From assembly GCA_033764315.1 (NCBI GenBank), contig JANRJA010000011.1:1-64000 (forward strand): a stretch of 64,000 nucleotides of DNA. The letters run 5' to 3'. The position numbers were made by a program, and so were the translations under genes. Origin of the DNA: Oculatellaceae cyanobacterium bins.114. GTDB lineage: Bacteria > Cyanobacteriota > Cyanobacteriia > Elainellales > Elainellaceae. The notes below the pieces were generated by a model. It searched no databases. It was not told the origin of the DNA and worked only from the letters and a program-made list of their open reading frames with translations. This document shows positions 59,844 through 64,000 of the stretch, piece after piece (within the stretch, counting starts at the first letter, position 1; each line of letters opens with the position of its first letter).

Positions 59844-60899
59844 ATGAAAGCGCAGGTGTTTCGAGGTGTTAATCAACTTAGCTACGAAGAGGTGCCCATG
59901 CCAGCCCTCGCCTCAGATGAGGTGTTGGTGCAAGTGCGAGTAGTCGGATTGTGTCAGTCAGATATCAAAAAAATTCGCTATCCCTTGTATGAACCGCCCC
60001 GCATTTTTGGGCACGAAACGGCTGGAGTGATTTCAGCAGTCGGCGATGAAGTGCAAAATTGGCAAGTTGGGCAGCGGGTCGTTGTGCTTCACCACATTCC
60101 CTGTATGCGCTGTGCCTATTGTCTAAATGAAAACTTTTCAATGTGCGATGTCTATAAAAACATCACCACAACAGCGGGTTTTGCGCCCAGCGGAGGTGGT
60201 TTTGCAGACTATGTCAAGGTGCCGGGGCACATCGTTCAGAATGGCGGATTAATCCCTATTCCTGATGATGTGACGTTTGAGCAAGCCAGTTTTGTAGAGC
60301 CGACTAATTGCTGCTTAAAAGCGGTTCGCAAGGCTCAGGTCGCTCCCGGAGAAACGGTGCTAATCACCGGGGCAGGCCCTATTGGGCTGATGTTCATTAT
60401 GCTAGTGAAATATTTTGGGGCAAAGGCGATCGCCACCGACCTCCTTCCCTCTCGCCTTGAAAAAGCCCGTCGTGTGGGTGCCGAAGCCGCATTTGATGCG
60501 CGTGACCCCGATTTAGCGGCCAAGATTCAGGCGATGACACAAGGGATTGGGGCAGACACAACGTTGCTGGCTGTTCCCAGTGACAAAGCCTTCTTTCAAG
60601 CCTTGGATTGCACTCGCAAAGGGGGCAAAATTCTCTTCTTTGCTGAGTTTCCTGATGAGTTAGAGATTCCTATCAATCCCAATATTCTCTATCGCAGGGA
60701 AATTGACTTGATGGGTAGTTACAGTTCTTCTTACCGAGTACAGGCTTTAGCCGCTGATATTGTGTTTAACAAACGCATTGATGTTGATGCCCTGGTGAGC
60801 GATCGCTATGCTCTCAAAGATCTATCAGCGGCTGTTGATCGTGCCACTGCGCCCACTCCAGAGACATTAAAGATCTTGATTTATCCAGAGGGCGAGTGA
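59844..60899 (+). CDS. Zinc-dependent alcohol/threonine-type dehydrogenase
   Basis: GLC.SD, GHE, C..C.YC.......C, GAGPIG. Confidence 0.92.
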   Translation: MKAQVFRGVNQLSYEEVPMPALASDEVLVQVRVVGLCQSDIKKIRYPLYEPPRIFGHETAGVISAVGDEVQNWQVGQRVVVLHHIPCMRCAYCLNENFSMCDVYKNITTTAGFAPSGGGFADYVKVPGHIVQNGGLIPIPDDVTFEQASFVEPTNCCLKAVRKAQVAPGETVLITGAGPIGLMFIMLVKYFGAKAIATDLLPSRLEKARRVGAEAAFDARDPDLAAKIQAMTQGIGADTTLLAVPSDKAFFQALDCTRKGGKILFFAEFPDELEIPINPNILYRREIDLMGSYSSSYRVQALAADIVFNKRIDVDALVSDRYALKDLSAAVDRATAPTPETLKILIYPEGE

Positions 60900-60937
60900 T
60901 GGGGATTGTACTCCCCAACCTCTTCTAACAATATGAC

Positions 60938-61636
60938 CTAACAATAGGGCGTGACATCTTCTCCACATTCGTCTGCTAAGTAAGACAATGCCCGAAAGCG
61001 CAAACTCACTAGTTGCTCATACATTGGGTTGAGCTTGCACATGGGAGGAATGTGGAGGAGTTTGCGCCCAAATAGGTTGACATCTCGCTCAAAAGGACAC
61101 TGAGACGGAATCATCTTGCACAGGAAGCGGGCTACTTTAGGATCATGCACTTCTAAGTGATCAAGCCATTCCTTGAGCGGGTGGAGAATTTCTGCATGTT
61201 GTTCGTGGTTATGCTCGGCGTTTGCCAGAGTTGAGGGGTGAGTCACCTCTGTCTGGCTAGATTGAGGGGTAGGACATAGCACTTGACGCAGCGACTCTAA
61301 CACTTTGGGTTGTTGCCCTAACGCCACACAAAATTGTTGAAGGATATCATCTTCAGATTGAGAGAAAGTTCCATCTGCGATCGCCACCATCACTGCCGTT
61401 CTAAGAAAATTTTCTGCTGTTTGGGCATCGTGACTAAAGGTGGCTCCCAGTTCTGCTGGAGTAATCGGTTCTAAAGACTCCAATCTAGATTGGGTAGTCA
61501 GTTCACTCGTCAAATTGGCAATTAGCTCTTTCTCTTCATCGTCGAAATGTCCATCTGCCCAAGCAATGGTCAATAGCCCCCGCAACCAGACTGAAATTTC
61601 TTCAGAAGTATATCTAGATTGAACTGTACTTGTCAT
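60938..61636 (-). CDS. TerB-like + 'Mo-dependent nitrogenase C-terminal' domain protein
   Basis: AWADG.F...E, A.ADG; IP.QCPFERD, IPPMCKLNP.YEQL..LRFRAL.YLA. Confidence 0.85.
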   Translation of the reverse strand: MTSTVQSRYTSEEISVWLRGLLTIAWADGHFDDEEKELIANLTSELTTQSRLESLEPITPAELGATFSHDAQTAENFLRTAVMVAIADGTFSQSEDDILQQFCVALGQQPKVLESLRQVLCPTPQSSQTEVTHPSTLANAEHNHEQHAEILHPLKEWLDHLEVHDPKVARFLCKMIPSQCPFERDVNLFGRKLLHIPPMCKLNPMYEQLVSLRFRALSYLADECGEDVTPYC

Positions 61637-61773
61637 AGAACTTTACACGAGAAATCTTATACTAGAAGTCTTGAATTTAATTCCGTGTTGATTGTAGCTC
61701 TGGTAATAGCCAAACTGGCTGTAAACTAAGAGACTGATCCCAAGGATTGCAATGCTGCGAGGGCTTTTTTGTG

Positions 61774-62139
61774 ACGCCACAAGAATTTTTCTTATTCTTA
61801 ATGTCCATCATGGCAAGTGTTTCAGGACAGTTCTTTCTCAAAGCGGGTGCATTAAGATTAGGCAGAGCAACACCCAGCAATGCCGTGAGTCACATTCTCA
61901 GCATTGCGACAACTCCTGAACTGATAGCGGGTCTAGCTTGCTATGGGTTGGGTGCAATGGCATACATCCTATTGCTCACGCGAGTGAAGTTGAGCATTGC
62001 AGGGCCTTCGATTGCCCTGGTCTACATCTTTACTGTCTTGATGGGCTATTTCTTTTTTAAGGAAGCCATCCCACCAACTCGAATTGTTGGTCTAGGGTTT
62101 ATCATTGGCGGCGTTTTGCTGGTGATGTGGCAACGATAA
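61774..62139 (+). CDS. Small 4-TM DMT/EamA/SMR-like transporter (start uncertain)
   Basis: GQFFLK.G, LSIAGP, F.E......I.G...I..GV. Confidence 0.8.
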   Translation, partial: TPQEFFLFLMSIMASVSGQFFLKAGALRLGRATPSNAVSHILSIATTPELIAGLACYGLGAMAYILLLTRVKLSIAGPSIALVYIFTVLMGYFFFKEAIPPTRIVGLGFIIGGVLLVMWQR

Positions 62140-62174
62140 CTGGACTAAAACTGGGCTAAGTAGTTGATTGGTCG

Positions 62175-63272
62175 CTAGAAGTAGGCTTGCAACACTTGAG
62201 CGGTTTGGGTGGCTGTTTTGGTCCAGCTAAATTGACTGGCGCGTGCCAACCCTGCCTGACGCAAATGCGATCGCATCTGCCCATCGGTTGCGATCGCCTG
62301 CATAGCGTTAGCAATCTCGGCTTCGTTATACGGATCGACCAGGATAGCCGCTTCCCCGGCCACCTCTGGCATAGATGCCAGATTAGACGTGATGACTGGT
62401 GTTCCACACGCCATTGCCTCTAACACCGGCAATCCAAAGCCTTCCCATAGGCTGGGAAATACAAGGGCGATCGCTTGGTTGATCAATGTTGGCAAGTCTG
62501 CATAAGGAACGTAATCTAAAAATCTGACCTGCGATGTGATGCCTAGCTCATCGACTAATATCTTCAAACCAGGTGTATATCGAGGATCAAGAGAACCAAC
62601 AATCAAAAATTCGTACTGTTGTTGAGGTAATCGGGCAAAGGCTTGCAAGGAACGCTGTAAATTCTTATAAGGATCGCTCCGCCCAATGTAGATGAAGTAA
62701 TTTTGGGTCGGTAAATCTAGAAACTGAAAATGATTGGCATCATGAGCCAATAAAATCGATGTTATTTTTTTAGCTGGAATATTGTAAAAATCAACCATGT
62801 CTTGGGCAGTCGCCTGAGAATTACAAATAATGTGAGTTGCCTGTTTTAAAACAAGCGGTACATAGTATTGAAAATAGTATTTTAAGGGTGATTTCCACGC
62901 TGAAAAGTGGAGTGGAATCAGGTCATGCACCATCACCACAAAACGGCAATTGGAGAAGAGAGGAGCCTCAGGAATAGGGGAGAATAGGAGAGGCGATCGC
63001 AATTTTTGATAGAGGCGTGGCAGCTGAAACTGTGTCCACAGTAGGCGTCTTAGGTGCCCTTTACTACCGTATTCTGAGGTGAGATTCTCTGGAATAGTGT
63101 AATAAGAAAACTCTCTTTGACTGTCTGCAAAGTGGTGATGACAAGAGGCAAGTAAGGTTGCTTGAGAAACAGCAAGTGAAGGAATTAAATTAGCAGCATA
63201 GGTCGTTAATCCTGTGGGTTTAAGACCCATAAAGGACAAATTAATGAGTAATTGTCCATTTGCAGGGTTCAC
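62175..63272 (-). CDS. Glycosyltransferase family 4
   Basis: VHDLIP, YKN, FPSLWEGFGLPVLEAMACG. Confidence 0.93.
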   Translation of the reverse strand: MNPANGQLLINLSFMGLKPTGLTTYAANLIPSLAVSQATLLASCHHHFADSQREFSYYTIPENLTSEYGSKGHLRRLLWTQFQLPRLYQKLRSPLLFSPIPEAPLFSNCRFVVMVHDLIPLHFSAWKSPLKYYFQYYVPLVLKQATHIICNSQATAQDMVDFYNIPAKKITSILLAHDANHFQFLDLPTQNYFIYIGRSDPYKNLQRSLQAFARLPQQQYEFLIVGSLDPRYTPGLKILVDELGITSQVRFLDYVPYADLPTLINQAIALVFPSLWEGFGLPVLEAMACGTPVITSNLASMPEVAGEAAILVDPYNEAEIANAMQAIATDGQMRSHLRQAGLARASQFSWTKTATQTAQVLQAYF

Positions 63273-63275
63273 ACT

Positions 63276-64000
63276 TTAACTCTCAATTTCTACCTGTGTT
63301 GAAGAGCGAACAAAAAAGCTTTTAATTTGTTTTAACTGACGAATGAGATAGAGCTTGATGGGCACTTTAATTCTATCTTCATATAGTGCTCTGACATGCA
63401 AAGCCAAAAATGATAGTTTTGGCAGCTTTTTCTGTCTAACAAAAACCACAAAATTGCCATCTGCAAAAACTGGAGAGAATCTGTGTAGAAGTAAGTTAAA
63501 CAGAATTGAATTGAGGTTTTCAATGGTTCCCTTATAAAGAATAAGCCATTGAAAATCAACCTTCTTTGAAAAAGCGGTTTGATAATCTAAAACTTCTCCA
63601 GGTAATTTCAATTGAAAAACAAGTGGAGCTGCAATCTTGTCCCCTGGCTCAAGATGCTTTTCTACAAAGTTTGCGACATCGCTCCACGATTTCAGATCAA
63701 AGACAGAAAGAGCTGCACTTTCAAGTTTTGCAGCATGAACAGGAAAGATTTTTAGAGTGTTAATAGCTAAACCAACCTCTCTTGGATCAGGATTCAGAGG
63801 ATTGACTTCTGTAAAGGGAACAACTCGATTAACTTGAAACGTAAATTGAGAAAAGACGCGACCATTATCAAGGGCAATTTTTGGAATGACACCTCGAAAC
63901 CACCGCACACTAGAGCCGCGATCGCTATATAAAATCTCCAATGGAATTGGATAACCATTGACATCAAGCGTCAAACTATCTGCAACATCTTGAGTAATCG
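63276..64000 (-). CDS. 3' part of a hypothetical protein in a polysaccharide gene cluster (runs off the window)
   Basis: Open frame to the window edge, DPR.VGLAI motif, ends 3 bp before the GT4 start. Confidence 0.6.
   Translation of the reverse strand, partial: ITQDVADSLTLDVNGYPIPLEILYSDRGSSVRWFRGVIPKIALDNGRVFSQFTFQVNRVVPFTEVNPLNPDPREVGLAINTLKIFPVHAAKLESAALSVFDLKSWSDVANFVEKHLEPGDKIAAPLVFQLKLPGEVLDYQTAFSKKVDFQWLILYKGTIENLNSILFNLLLHRFSPVFADGNFVVFVRQKKLPKLSFLALHVRALYEDRIKVPIKLYLIRQLKQIKSFFVRSSTQVEIES

Noticed and set aside
60938-61636. Nitrogen-fixation gene
   Set aside because: The domain name is historical; there are no nitrogenase motifs or nif genes here

Overview
Chromosomal window from a cyanobacterium. 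The HIP1 octamer GCGATCGC recurs throughout, and the window carries ndhD, Uma2, CHAT/CHASE2/DUF928 and PEP-CTERM content. A filamentous Leptolyngbyaceae/Oculatellaceae-like organism is my inference only. Housekeeping genes (dtd, uvrC, mfd, mmsA, ndhD) alternate with accessory blocks. (1) At 0-12 kb: an IS4-type transposase end, arsM with two glycosyltransferases, and a GMC oxidoreductase/aquaporin/His-kinase/Crp/response-regulator group with phased 11-bp promoter repeats. (2) At 16.5-31.5 kb: a block of haemagglutinin-like exoprotein, TPR-CHAT protease, DUF928 and a triple-TIR/CHASE2 membrane receptor, bracketed by a 129-bp direct repeat delimited by HIP1 sites. (3) At 40.5-46.7 kb: tandem SulP-STAS-cNMP transporters with a MinD-like ATPase. 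(4) At 52.7-55.5 kb: an AT-rich, HIP1-free patch that reads as an integron-type gene-cassette array (an attI-like site plus two attC sites) with no integrase in the window. There are also several MITE-like elements and unannotated pseudogene fragments (PEP-CTERM, SPFH, antitoxin-like, WD40). I recognised no rRNA, tRNA or CRISPR array. All family calls come from motif recognition by eye, not database searches.
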